64,000 nucleotides of DNA, from positions 7,502,001 through 7,566,000 of the forward strand of contig JBHGNT010000010.1 of assembly GCA_043228905.1 (NCBI GenBank), given 5' to 3'. The stretch comes from Azolla caroliniana. Taxonomy: Eukaryota > Plantae > Polypodiophyta. The notes beneath the pieces are model-generated. The model was not told where the DNA came from. It made no database searches and was given only the letters and a program-made list of their open reading frames with translations. A program made the position numbers and the translations under genes. The number at the start of each line of letters is the position of its first letter. Within the stretch, counting starts at the first letter, position 1. Of the stretch, positions 13,132 through 25,800 are shown one piece after another.

Positions 13132-13656
13132 TGTTGACAGATCCCCCGCAACCGACATTATTCACACAAACCAAGCCGGCAAGGGAAAGACACCAACTGC
13201 TAGTATTATGGCAAGAAAGGCCACAAAGAAAGCAAGTCTTGGAGAAAGAAGGCCAATACACACAAATCCAAATCGAGCAAAGTTGATTCTAAAAGGCGGC
13301 AGAGATCGCACTACGTTGAGGGCTCAAGGCATTGCCGAAAGCGGCCCTACATTTGTGATTGTTGAGAATCAAGTCAACCTAGTTTAGTGTGTGAACACGC
13401 CCTTGAGAGTGTGCACTCAAAGGTCAAAAGTCACCACTCTTATCTACACATTAACTATGTGTCATAGAATCATATTCTATGACACATAACTTATGAGTTT
13501 TCACATTCCCCATGACCCATGAGCTTCGGCAGTTAATGAAGAGAGAGGGTGACTATATAAAGCACTCTCCTCCTACTTTGTAATTAGTTCGGTTAATCTC
13601 CTTTGTAATATACATCGTCTTGAGTATTCTATTGTTGTTCAAATCTATCTATCTTG

Positions 13657-13709
<53 letters not shown>

Positions 13710-16700
13710 CACACACACTCACAACACATATCTCTAGTCTATTCCGTTGCACAAGAATTACCATCAATTTTTTACATGGTATCAGAGCGGTTTGGTAGCT
13801 TGACCTCGCCCATCCGCCTGTGTTGAGCTCTACGCCGACGTTCAAGAAGAACCGGCTCATCCCTATCGTAGTGCGACTACATATCTCGTATTCAAGAGAG
13901 AAGAAGAAGGAAGAAATCTACATCGAACACCATGAATACTCAAATGGCGAGTGCTCTCCCTAGCGAGAAGTTGGACCAAAACAACTTCGCATCTTGGGAG
14001 TACAAGATGCATCAATACCTTGTCGATCAAGGCTATTGGAGCTACATCAAAGGAGCACAAGAAAACCGGCCCGACTCGGAAGACGCCGACTATGCAACAT
14101 GGGAGCAAACGGCGAGTCGAGTAATGTATTGCTTGGCAACATGTGTTCACGACCACATGCTCGGTTACATTCGAGAAGCCGAGACGCCAAAGGAAGCGTG
14201 GGAAAATCTACGAAAGATTTTCACCGCCAACACGACCGCGAGGAAGCTTCAACTCCGCCAAGAGTTGAACAACATCCAACAAAGGGATATGTCCATCACA
14301 AGCTACACCTTAAAGATCAAGGAGCTTTGTGATGCACTCGGCTCAATAAGTGTCAATGTGGAGGATGATGAAATGGTGCAAATATGCCTCGGCGGCCTTG
14401 CACCATGATTCGGCGCGATGCGGACCGCCGTACTAGCACGGGGGAATCCACCCTCCTTCTTCGATCTTCAATCTATGTTATTGGTCAAAGAGAATCATGT
14501 TCAAACAAGGAGTAATGCCTCGGAAGGCCACATGGTCTACACGCATTCAAATGGAGGAAGAGGACGCGGCCGAGAAAGAGGCCGATTCGCCCAAGGACGA
14601 GGCGGCGGACGAGGTCCGACTTACAACAACAATTCCCAATTTCGGCAACAAGACGGAAGCCATCAAAGAACCTTCGGAATAAGGGGGAGCTTCCATTCCG
14701 GTTCGAGTCGACAAAACTCGATTGAATGCGGATATTGCGGAAAAATCGGCCATCATGAAGAAGAGTGCTGGAAGAAGAAGCGCGAGTCGGCTTCCACAAG
14801 CCAACAACTCACAAATTATGCCACTAACTCCGATTATGAAGACCTTAGCGGAATGTTCGTGATGAGACATAGAGAAAATTCTATGTCGGCCTCTACTTCG
14901 ACTAATGCCTCCAATCCAGAAGATTTATGGTTTGTCGACTACGATGCTTCGAACCATATGACGTCCCGTCAAGAATGGTTCCGAGACTTACGAGAGCTAG
15001 ATTGACCCAGTTATGTCGAGACCAGAGATGACACCACTCATCCTATTTGACATATTGGCAATGTCCCATTCGGGGAAGACGATGAACAAACTTGTATGAA
15101 AAATGTATTACATGTACCCACCATAACGAAGAATTTGGTCTCGGTCGGCCAAATAGTGGAGCAAGGGATGCAAGTTCAATTCAACCAAGGTGGTTGCTTC
15201 ATCGAGAAGGAAGGTCGACTCATCGCTCGGGGTCGAAGGGAAGGTAGAATGTTTATCCTTGAGTCAAACGAGGTGAAATTGGCCATGTACGCAAAGGGCC
15301 TCAAATCCGACACCGACACAGAACTATGGCATAAAAGAATCGGCCATATCAATCTCAACAAACTCAAGGCGATGCAATCAAAAGGAGTCTTCATCGGGCT
15401 CTCGAACTTCAAAGAGAAAGATATTGAAGGAGTATGTGAAGCATGCCAATTCGGCAAGCAACATCAGCACCTGTTCCCGAAGGAGAGGAACGTGAGCAAA
15501 GGCTTATTGGATGTAGTCCACTCGGATGTGTGGTGACCGGCACTGACGGCTACGTTCGGAGGATGTTAGTACACATGGATCTTTCCCATGAGGATGAAGA
15601 GCGAAGTGTTTGCACACTTCCAAAAATTCAAACGCGAAGTCAAATAGACAACTGGGCATCATGTACGATGTCTTCGATCAAACAGAGGAAAGGAATACTT
15701 CTCTTATGCGTTCACGGCATACCTTCGACAAGAAGGAATTCGACGAGAATTCACTTGCCGACACACACCGCAACATAATGGTGTAGCCAAACATAAGAAT
15801 CAGCACATCCTCGAAGTAGCAAGGGCCATGCTAAATGAGAAGCATATGCCCAAGTCATATTAGGCAGAAGCTGCAAATACCGCTGTCTACCTCATGAACC
15901 GGTACACAACATCCAGAGTGCACGAGGTCACCCCGCACGAGAAATACTATGGGAAGAAGCCGGATCTATCCCATGTAAGGATATTCGACTCCATTGCATA
16001 CGTGGGAATGTCGGCTCCATTGCATATGTGCACATTCCCAATGAGAAGCGGCAGAAGCTTGACCTAAAATCAGAGAAGTGCATCCTCATGGGGTACTCAC
16101 TGGAGCAAAAGGGGTATAAGTGCTTTAACCCCTCTACTCAGAAGACTCATGTAAGTCGGGATGTCGTCTTTGACGAATCGACACCATGGTACAAACCCGA
16201 GCTGACTCCTCCCGAACCATCTACAAACGAACTCGACAACACAGAAGACGATGATCAACTAAGGTCAATACTCTAAGAGAGTCTGATCTCAACTAGATTG
16301 AGCAGACCACAAGAGCCTCCGAGCAACCAAAGCACATCTCGTCCAAGTCCAAAGATGGACAAAGGGAAGGCCAAAATGCCGGAATATGAAGACGATCAGT
16401 TCGACGGCAACGAATCGACTCATTCAGTCGATTGTGAGTTCGGTGGCTTTGATGTACCTCTTATGAGGTCACCCGGAGTTGAGAAAGCACTCACATTGGC
16501 AAATGAGAAACTTCGTCACTCCACCCGAGAGAAGAATCTAGTTAGCTGATTCGGCTACATCGACTATATGGCATACCACTATGCCTTTATAATGAAGGTG
16601 GCAGCAGTTCGAGAACCGGGGAGCTTTGCCGAAGCCGCTAAAGATCCACGATGGGTCAAATCGATGAACGAGGAGATACAAGCTCTCGGGAAGAATGAGA

Positions 16701-17455
16701 CATGGGATCTAGTCCCTCACTCACCGCACAAGAAGGCAATCGGCTGCAAATGGATATACAAAGTGAAGTATAATGTCGACGGTTTCGTCAACCGCTACAA
16801 AGCTCGACTCTTAGCAAAGGGCTACGCACAAACACAAGGCGTCGACTATGAAGAGACCTTTGCCCCGGTGGCAAAGATGACAACCGTGCAAACTGTGATA
16901 GCGTTTGCAGCAGCAAAAGGGTGGCACCTCCTCCAGATGGATGTCAAGAACGCTTTTCTTCAAGGCGAATTAGAAGAGGAGGACATGATACAACCACCCG
17001 GCTTCGAATCCAACATTCATCCGAAAGCTATATGCCAACTCAAGAAGCCCCTCTACGACCTTAAGCAAGCACCATGTGCTTAGCACTTGAAGATAACACA
17101 ATATCTTCATCGAATCGGTTTCCGAATGTCAAAATCCGACAATTCTCTATATGTAAGAAGCGATTCCGAAAGTCCGATCGTCATCATCCTATACGTGGAT
17201 GATATGGTCATTGGAGGTGAGCATCTAGTCGACATCAACAAGGTCAAATCCCTCCTTTCCAACAAATTCAAGATGACGGACATGAAAGAGCTCCACTACT
17301 TCCTTGGCATCGAGGTAATTCGAACTCCAACCGGGATTATGATCTCCCAACGGCATTACATTCTCAACTTGTTATACAAGTCTGTGGCAACACCTCTCGA
17401 CCGAAACCTCAAACTAGATGCCAATTCTGGCACCACAGAGTGTGAGCTGACTCAG
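13132..17455 (+). mobile_element. Ty1/Copia element B (5' LTR, PBS, gag-pol), truncated within RT
   Basis: LTR 13132-13776 (TG...CA) then PBS TGGTATCAGAGC. Gag (KLDQNNFASWEYKM), CGYCGKIGHHEEEC, DASNHMT, LWHKRIGH, VHSDVW, KARLLAKGY, LYVDDMVI. Many premature stops. Confidence 0.93.
13777..13788 (+). other. Primer-binding site (tRNA-iMet) of Copia B
   Basis: TGGTATCAGAGC directly after the LTR terminal CA. Confidence 0.9.
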
Positions 17456-18408
17456 TGATAAAACACAAGGCGAATCGGATGGGATTGGGCACCTCAAAGT
17501 CGAAAGAGTTGTGGTAAGTCCCGTCCTGCGCTATCGTGAAGATTATGGGCCATGGTGAGAGACCAGGGAATATCAGAAGCATCGGCGAAGTGCATCATGT
17601 GCCCGTACCCTTGTATAAATGTGTGAATAATAGGGGTGCCTTTATGGCGCCAACTAGGAGTTAAGTCAGAACAGAGAATCCCATGTAAATCAGGATTTAT
17701 CCCACATTGTAACGCATCCCTCTCCTTGTTCTATAAAAGGAAGGGAGGGTCCCTTATAGAGGGGTTGCCCATTTTGAGTTAGGAGGGTATACCATTAGGT
17801 TTAGGGTTTGGTAGTTCTTGGTCTTCATCTTTCTCTTACTCCCTTAGGGTTTGTACTTTGGTCTTTTCACCCTATTTTGTTTAGGGTTTCATTTTGGCAG
17901 CTTTCTTCTTCTTCTCCTTCGTGTCGGTTTAGGGTTTAGTCCGATGGAGAGCTTGTATGTTTAGTGGGGTTTGCTTCTGCTCGATCTCCTGTGCAAGACC
18001 CCGCTCGGCGCGACGAGCCCGAGAAATCCCCGATCGGCGGCTTGGCAACAGACGGCTGTTGTAACCTAACCTACCTTGGTCTGGCTCGAAGCCGGAGTTG
18101 TATCTTGCTCTTGTACTTATATATACGAAAGGTTGTGCATATTTGTGTTTCTACTTGGTGTTGGATGCGTTTCTCCCCCTTTGTTTCCTGTACATAAGAG
18201 GCGTGTGTTGAGTCGGTGTTGTGCGCATGGTCTCTCCCTCTCTCGTGTTCGGTAGCCTCCGGTACGCGTCCGGAATCGCTTCGATTTGCACCACAACGGG
18301 TGCAGCTGGGACAAGAGAGAGTCGGCTTCTCAACATCCATCTCTTCCTCGTCCGAGACCCTCGTGGTCCTGCCCCCCTTTCAACACATACTCGCGGATTA
18401 CCGCAACA
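17456..18408 (+). mobile_element. Lone LTR without matching TSD (probable recombinant LTR)
   Basis: TG...CA ends, TATA (ctataaaagg ~17731), 3' end 'gaccctcgtggtcctgccc...cgcggattaccgcaaca' resembles LTR ends at 355 and 44401. Flanks are Copia RT (left) and a Copia protease fragment (right). Confidence 0.65.
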
Positions 18409-18550
18409 ACGCATCTAATCACATGACAAACCATGAAGAATGGTTCTCAACTCGTGAGAAGCTTACGCAACTAAGGTTCATCGAGACCGGCGACAACACC
18501 TCTCACCCCATCGATCACATTGACGATGTCCCTCTGAGCCATGCCAGGTG
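18409..18550 (+). mobile_element. Copia protease-region fragment
   Basis: ASNHMTNHEEWF...IETGDNTSHPIDHIDDVPL is homologous to Copia B 14945-15070. Confidence 0.75.
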
Positions 18551-18939
18551 CATTCAAATGTGTGACATAGAGATGAATCACACCCGACCTACCCTTTGGT
18601 TATGGATTTCAAATGGATGGTCGATTTAGTGGCTACATTGATGGGAGTGGATTAGATGAAGTAGGGATGATCTCACGAATCGAGTAAAAGGAAGGGCTTT
18701 ATAGAAAGATGAAGTTTAATAAAAATGCTTGGCATAATTTATTTATGGAGAAGGTAACACCAATTCAACAAACAAATTCCATAATGTATTTATGAACTAT
18801 ACAAAGAAATTGTCTTTACATATTAAAGGTAATTTGTATGCTCTTTTGAATAAATGAAAACTAGTGCCTTGTTCACAAAGGAGCCATCAAGGTCTAGAGT
18901 CTTGCATTAGGTGGAATGAATTAACAAATTAACTCTTAA

Positions 18940-19085
18940 GTAAATACGTAATTACATTAAAGGGGCCTTTTACAATCTTATTTCAACCGGTTTGGACATC
19001 ACGAGAAATGCCTCACTCTTGGAAGATTGGTTTGATAAAGCTTTTGCCAAAGTTGTTTTCTCCATCTTCCTTTGCCGAAAAGAAT
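18940..19085 (+). mobile_element. Possible LINE reverse-transcriptase fragment
   Basis: Short translated stretch MPHSWKIGLIKLLPK resembles the conserved LINE RT N-terminal motif. Confidence 0.4.
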
Positions 19086-19834
19086 AAGGAAAAGGCTACT
19101 ATCAATTAGGGTCATAGAAAGACGAAGAGTTCTTTGGTGTTGTGTTTGTGTTTGGAGCCTAAGAAGTTTGTATTGTTCCCATAATAGTATATATTATAAC
19201 ATTCTTTTCTCTTCCTCTTTCTCTTCTCTATGTTTTCTTCTATCTCTCTTCATCAAATAACAAGTCACTTTAGCCTTGCCTTTCCTTTTATTCTTGTTCC
19301 TTTGTATATTACCATTTTTCTTTTCTGTTCTTTTTGTACCAATTGAACCACTTCCATCTCCACTAGCTTTTCCTCTTAATTTCCTAGTTCAAAATAGAAC
19401 CCCTTCTGCCATGAAAGGTAAGATTAGGGTTATTTAAGAGTGAAACAGCCAATGTTTCCCATGAATCAAGGTCATTAACAAGAAGATGGCCTTAAGATTA
19501 TCATCAAACATAATCCAAAGTCCTACAATTGTGAAAGAGTACCTGTAAAGGCAAGTGATTAGCTACACTTTTTGACTCATCAAGTTGCATATGCAGCAAC
19601 ATACACATGAGATGCACTTGATTTATGGACTTGCGTGTATCCACATCACCTACCATGTCTGAATCATTAGCGCCGTTGATGGGGATGGATCAACCATGTA
19701 CAAACGATAGTTGTATAAAATCTAATGCTTTCATTGTCCAAGTAATTGCAAATCAGTCATCAAATGTATTGGAATGTCAAACTAACATGAAACACGGCTT
19801 TACAGCTACACCTTTTCATGGGATCTTGGATTTA

Positions 19835-22800
19835 TCAACTCGTCTCTAATCCATGAGCATGTTCCGGTGTTGAAAGAGACACTGATTGTTTCAACTTTGA
19901 CTCAAGTTCAGTGATATACATTTGCATCTTCTTCATGGCCTGTCATTAGAAACAAATTTCGTTGCATTGGTCATCACTTGCTTGGATATGCAACCCTAAG
20001 ATGTGAACCGGAAGATGTACATAATAATGAAAATGGCTTAGGTTTCTTTATTTCTGAGGGGAGAATTACCTCTCTATCTGCTGAAGCGCTCTTAAGTACA
20101 TGAATGTTTCCATCTATTCTCTCTTGCATTAGCTTGATCACGTTATCCCTCGATTGTATTCCCTTCTTGAGAATGTTTACTTGGGTGGTCAAATCTTTCG
20201 CACTCTTTTCGACTTGTCGAAGAGCCTAGTAAAACAACACATTACATGGAAAATATAACGTGATGCAATGCCTCTTGTTCTAGCTAGAGTTATAAATTCA
20301 CCATCAAGAACCTATTCGAGAGGTGCAATGCCGAAATTAAAGACACAAATGACATCCTTATGTTTAGAAAAAGTGAAGAAAACAAAGCATAATTTAAGCT
20401 CCACATATTCCTTACCAGTTCTGCCCTTACAGCTCGACTATTTTCCTTCAACTGTTGTTCCAAGTCCTCAACATAGGATTGCAGTCTTTCAATCCTTTGC
20501 CTCAGTTCAACCTCTCGCTCTCGAGAATCATTAAGATCCTACATGTTAACAAAGCATTTTCTGTTATGGCAAAGAAAACAGGCAGAGTTATCGGCTGTCA
20601 TTATCGTCTTATTTATGGAAGAGACACTTAGATCCTAATTGCTGAGCATGCTCAATTGGTTGACCTTCTTAATTTGAGATGCAAATCGTAAGGACTCTGC
20701 ACTTTTGCTAGCTTCTTCTTTGATTTCTAGTAATAGAGCATCTCTTGACCTCAATTGGTTTTCCAAAACATCGCACTGTGCTACCAGCTGGTCTGCCCGT
20801 TTCTCTGATCGATGTAGCGCCTAGAAGAAACCTTTCCAGTTATCATGTAAACAATTTTGCAGAAAGAGCACAAATTATCAAAAAAGTATGTCCTTACATC
20901 AAGATTTCTTTTTGCTATTTCTCCTAAACCTTTGTTCTTAATCACCTCCTGTGTCAATTCTTGCATTCTCTTTTCTTTTTCCTCCAATTGTACCTAGAAA
21001 CATTAAAAAACATTTGATAAACAGAATGCTTGTGAAGACAGTGGCTTTTTTAGTAGAATCTATGCCCTAGAAAGCTAATACTGATCCCAAAGGTTCAACA
21101 AAGCTACTCATAAAGCTATTCCTGCAATCGGTAATTAAAACATGCAGGCATATAGCATATAGTCAAATGATAGAAACACAATAATGATTTTGTATCACTT
21201 CATTTGCTAATTATGATTTGCTCCTCATTCTCATAATATATACAGAACAGAATGAAACATTATACAGAACGTAGAATGAATGTCACATAATCCTTTTATT
21301 CATCATGTTTGACTACATTTACAATGAAGAGTTACCTGCTCCTATACATACTGTTCCTCAGTGAAACTACTGCAAGCAGAATATGGAAATGTCCTCACTT
21401 CCTATTGCCCCAAATATTGTACCGTACATCAGGCAAAACTATTTAACAAGCATTAACATGAAGTAGACATGTAGCAAACATCAACACACCTTAAAAGACG
21501 AAATCACCTTGAAAGAAGAATTCTGAAATGCCCTTGGTATCCAATGCCCAGAATTGGGCAAGACTAAAATTGATCCAACCCTAAATAAACGGGTGGCACA
21601 CATGAACACTTCATCAAAGATGAAATCTCCTTTAATCATGTGTAATTACATTTATACTGAAGCCTTAATCATACTATGCAAGAGAAATTGGGAAAGGCCC
21701 TTTGTTCTTAATGCCAACAATATTATAGCTAAAATCAGGCAACACTAAAATGAGTTTAACCCAAACTGACAGGTAGCAAACGTAAACATGCCTTCAAAGC
21801 TGAGATCTCCTTGAAAAGATCTTCCGCCTTAGATTCTTCATCCTCAAGAGCTTTATCTAATTTCTCTAGTCCTTCTCTTGCTCCAATCAAAGATCTCTTC
21901 TCTTTTTCCAATGATTGTTCAGTACTAACAAGTTTCTGATTGAGAGTTTGAATTTTGTCTTCAGCCCTCAAAAGTGTCTGCAAAAGAAATCCAATATTGA
22001 TAAAATCAGGTTCTATTCTCATAAATGTCTTAATAAAGTACAATGAAAATAAATAAACAATGCTTTAATATAAAAAAGATAAGTATATCAAATTTATGCA
22101 AGGATACCAATCAATTTTACCACTTCAACCTTCTATATTAGGACAATCTTTGTAAGCAAAAACATTGCCAAGTTTTTCTCAGCAAATTTGTCTGACTTAA
22201 CAGGAAATTAGAAGCCAGACATGAACTTTACTATGGAAAGCCTACTTCATATAAATTCTTGACTGTAAAGTGACCTACAACAGTCCTAAACCCAATATTT
22301 AAAACATAGTGCTAAGTAACGTGCTTTGATGAAACAATAAAGTGCCACTGATTTTTAGCAGAAACGTAAGAGAGAAGGAATATTCCCCTCTAAATCATTA
22401 ACAATTTCTGGTGAACAACTCAAGTATTGTCAAACTATCGAGTAGTATTTCATGTTTGAAAATTGATTATCAATCATTGATAGAAATTGGGGGCCGAAAT
22501 GACAGTTGTTGGAGGGTTGCAGCTCTAGACCTGCACTCTCTTTCATCTTTATTATGTTTGTTGTACATTCTCTCTCTTCCTAGATATCTCTAGAATCTGC
22601 AACTCTTCAAATGCCTTTTCTCTCTTCCACTTTTTTCAAGATATTCCCTCTTATTCCTAGTTTATTGCACCTGTTTGGTAGTATAAGAGCCACTTAACTA
22701 CCAAACAACCATTTCACCCACTTTCCCCAATTTTGTATAACCGTCGCTTGTAGCCCCATCATCTATGCTCCGTCCTAGTCTGCGCTTGGTATGTCCGTGA

Positions 22801-25800
22801 CAGTTTGAATCCCTTCCAACTGGGAGCACCACCCGTCTTCGTCACCGCCTTTGCTTCTAGAGTTACCATCATCACCGTCCTTGCTTCCAGAGTTACCGTC
22901 ATCAACATCCTTGTCTTCGACGTCATCATTTTCAACACCTCTTCGCCCAACCATTGTCGTCATCAACACTACTTGTCATGATTTTTAGGTATCATTTTGC
23001 ATCACGGTTTTGGTGAGGAGTGCTTTCGATCGTTCACCTTTCCAATTCCCATCGGGGTCACAACCGCTCACTTTCCTGGTGGGGATTGGGTCATTGCTTG
23101 CTTGCACTACATTATAGTTCAAGTTTCACACCACTTTCTGTTGGCGAGGACCAATTTCGATAGCTCACCTTCTAGTTTCGGTGGGGGTCACAACCGCACA
23201 CTTTCATGGTGGGGATCACGTGGGTTTCTCGCTAGCGCTACCATTTGTGTCGTGTCTTGGGTCAACCTCGACTATTTACCCTCTCATAATAGAAGAAATC
23301 GAGTCGACTGCTTCACTTGCACTCCTTCGCCCATTGTTGTTCCAGTTCTCTGTGAGGGCCGCATGGTCGCTCACGTCCGTTCGTGTTCCAGTTCTCCGTA
23401 AGGGCCACATGGTCGCTCACACCCGTTCGTGTTCAATTCTCGATGAGGGCCGCATGATCACTCACGCCGGTCCGTGTTTTCGATGAGGACCGCACATGGT
23501 CGCTCACATTCCAATTCCCAATGAGGGCCACACATGGTCGCTCACGTCCTTTTGTGTCCTAGTTCTTGGTGAGGGCCGCATGGTCGCTCACACCCGTTGG
23601 TGTTCGTCTTCCAACGCTCGGCGAGGTCCGACATGGTCTCTCATGCCCGTTGGCATTCATGTTCCATGTGAGGACCACACATGGTCACTCACTCCAACTA
23701 TTGTTCGTGTTCCAGATCCCGGCGAAGACCGACATGGTCGCTCATGGCTGCTGTTGTTCATGTTCCAGTTCCCGATGAGAACGACACATGGTCGCTCATG
23801 CCTGTCGGTGGTCGTATTCCAACTCTTGGCGAGGACCGACATGGTCTCTCATACCCATTGGTGTTCGTGTTCCCCGTGAGGACCACACATGGTCACTCAT
23901 GCCCGTTGGTATTTGTGTTCCAGTTCCTGACGAGGACCGCACATGGTCGCTCATGCCCGTTGGTGTTCGTGCTCCTCGTGAGGACCACAAATGATCGCTC
24001 ATGCCCATTGGTATTCGTGTTCCAGTCCTGGGCGAGGACCGCACATGGTCGCTCATGCCCGTTAGTGTTCAATACCTCCTATTCTGGAAGGGTTACTCCT
24101 TGTCTAGGATTTTCAAAATACTTTGGAGGTGGTCTAAGATTTTCATCAACAATATCCCCTTAAGACAACGACCGGTGGGTAGGCGGCGTAAGAGGGGGGA
24201 TAATGTCACACTCTAGACTCGAACCTCTGACTTTTAACACACAATACATTGTGTTGTGTTAACCATATGGAAACTCTTGTGAACTGTCCACATTCGACTG
24301 TGAACTTGTATATATTGTAGAGTCTAGTGTATAGTACGTTCGAGAATATTCTAGTCGTTAGTATATTCTAGAATTATTCTATAGTATATTTTAAACGGAT
24401 ATATTCTCGAGTATATTCTAGAGATATTCAATCTCGGAAATTGTATAAATACTTGTAACATCCTTGGTTTCTTTTCAAGGGATTCAACACCAATCATTGA
24501 CACATCAATCTAGTATTCTCGTTTCGCCTCATCTTTGTCTCCTTGATCTTTATTTCTGTTTTCATGCCCTCATGTCGCTCACAACATCTAGAGTTCCTAG
24601 CCTTGTCACATCTAGCTCCAAGTTCATCCGTCGCTCGTAGCCCCATCATCTGTGCTCCGTCCCTCGGCCGTCAAGGGATGCTCAATGAAAATCCCCAAGT
24701 TGTCACTGCCTTGCTCCCTCCCACTACTACGATAACGAGTCCCGTGGTCAGCACCGTCGATTTATTTTCAGGCCACGAAGCTTACAAATCAGATGTTATC
24801 GTTCGTGCCGATACCAGTCCTATTGGCAAAGATTTCTGCGAAGGTTAAGTCCGAAAGAAAGGCCACTGCCTCCACCGCGCGGTAGAAAACTAGAATTTTC
24901 GATGCTTTCTTTGCGGCATGATACTACGGAATCAAGGCCGCAGGTCCAGCAGTATTTTCACAAAGATGCCATCTATAGTGGTTCCCTCCAGCCCAGCCCT
25001 TGGTCGTCATTGACCTGAGATTAGGTGCTAGTTTTTCATAGGCAGCAATCCGTCATATATCTATGTCCCATCGAAATGGTCTTTCGACCTAGTTCACGCT
25101 TGGCATGTTCGTGACAAATTAGCGTTAAATGCTACTTAGACAATCACTAATCACTCTTTTCATTGTATGTGTTGTGTGACTCACCCATTGAAGTGTGGTT
25201 AGTCTTATTATATGTAATCTCTTTGCTTGCATAAGTATCTAACATTTAAACCTATAAAGGCATTAGTGAGGTTAGTGCCCTCCAGAGAGATGAGTAAGAA
25301 TTTGCACGATCAGGGTAAACATAATTAGAGGCTCAAGAGCAATTGACAACCACTCTCACCTAACTCACCATCAATATGGACATGGCGGTCTGGACCCCGT
25401 CGCCAACTATATTGCTATAGAAATAAAACTCCGCCGACACACAATGTTCAATAAAATAATAAGTTACCTCTGAGACTTTCTCACTAAAATTCTTTGTATC
25501 TGCTAGTTCTTCACTCAATTCAGCTACTTGCGAGCTTTTTTCCTTCAGCTCCAGAACTGTTTCCTTCCATTTTGACCGCAAATTATCAGAAGCAACTTTC
25601 TCCTGATTCAGTTCCTGAGAGTTGGCATATTCACTAATAAACTACCATACTATGAGCCATTGAACATGTTCAGCAGAGAAACATAGAAAATTCTTCGATT
25701 CAACAAACCTGCAGCATGGGGTTTTACCTCGTTAGCCAATGCAAGCACCTGAAAGGAGAGGGCTGCATCTTTTTGTAACACTTCTATGACTCTGAAAATA

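Noticed and set aside
13660-13710. (CT)n microsatellite
   Set aside because: Ordinary simple repeat within an LTR; similar tracts are common throughout the window.
23340-24070. CRISPR-like repeat array
   Set aside because: Units are contiguous diverged copies without unique spacers, there are no cas genes, and the context is a eukaryotic intron.
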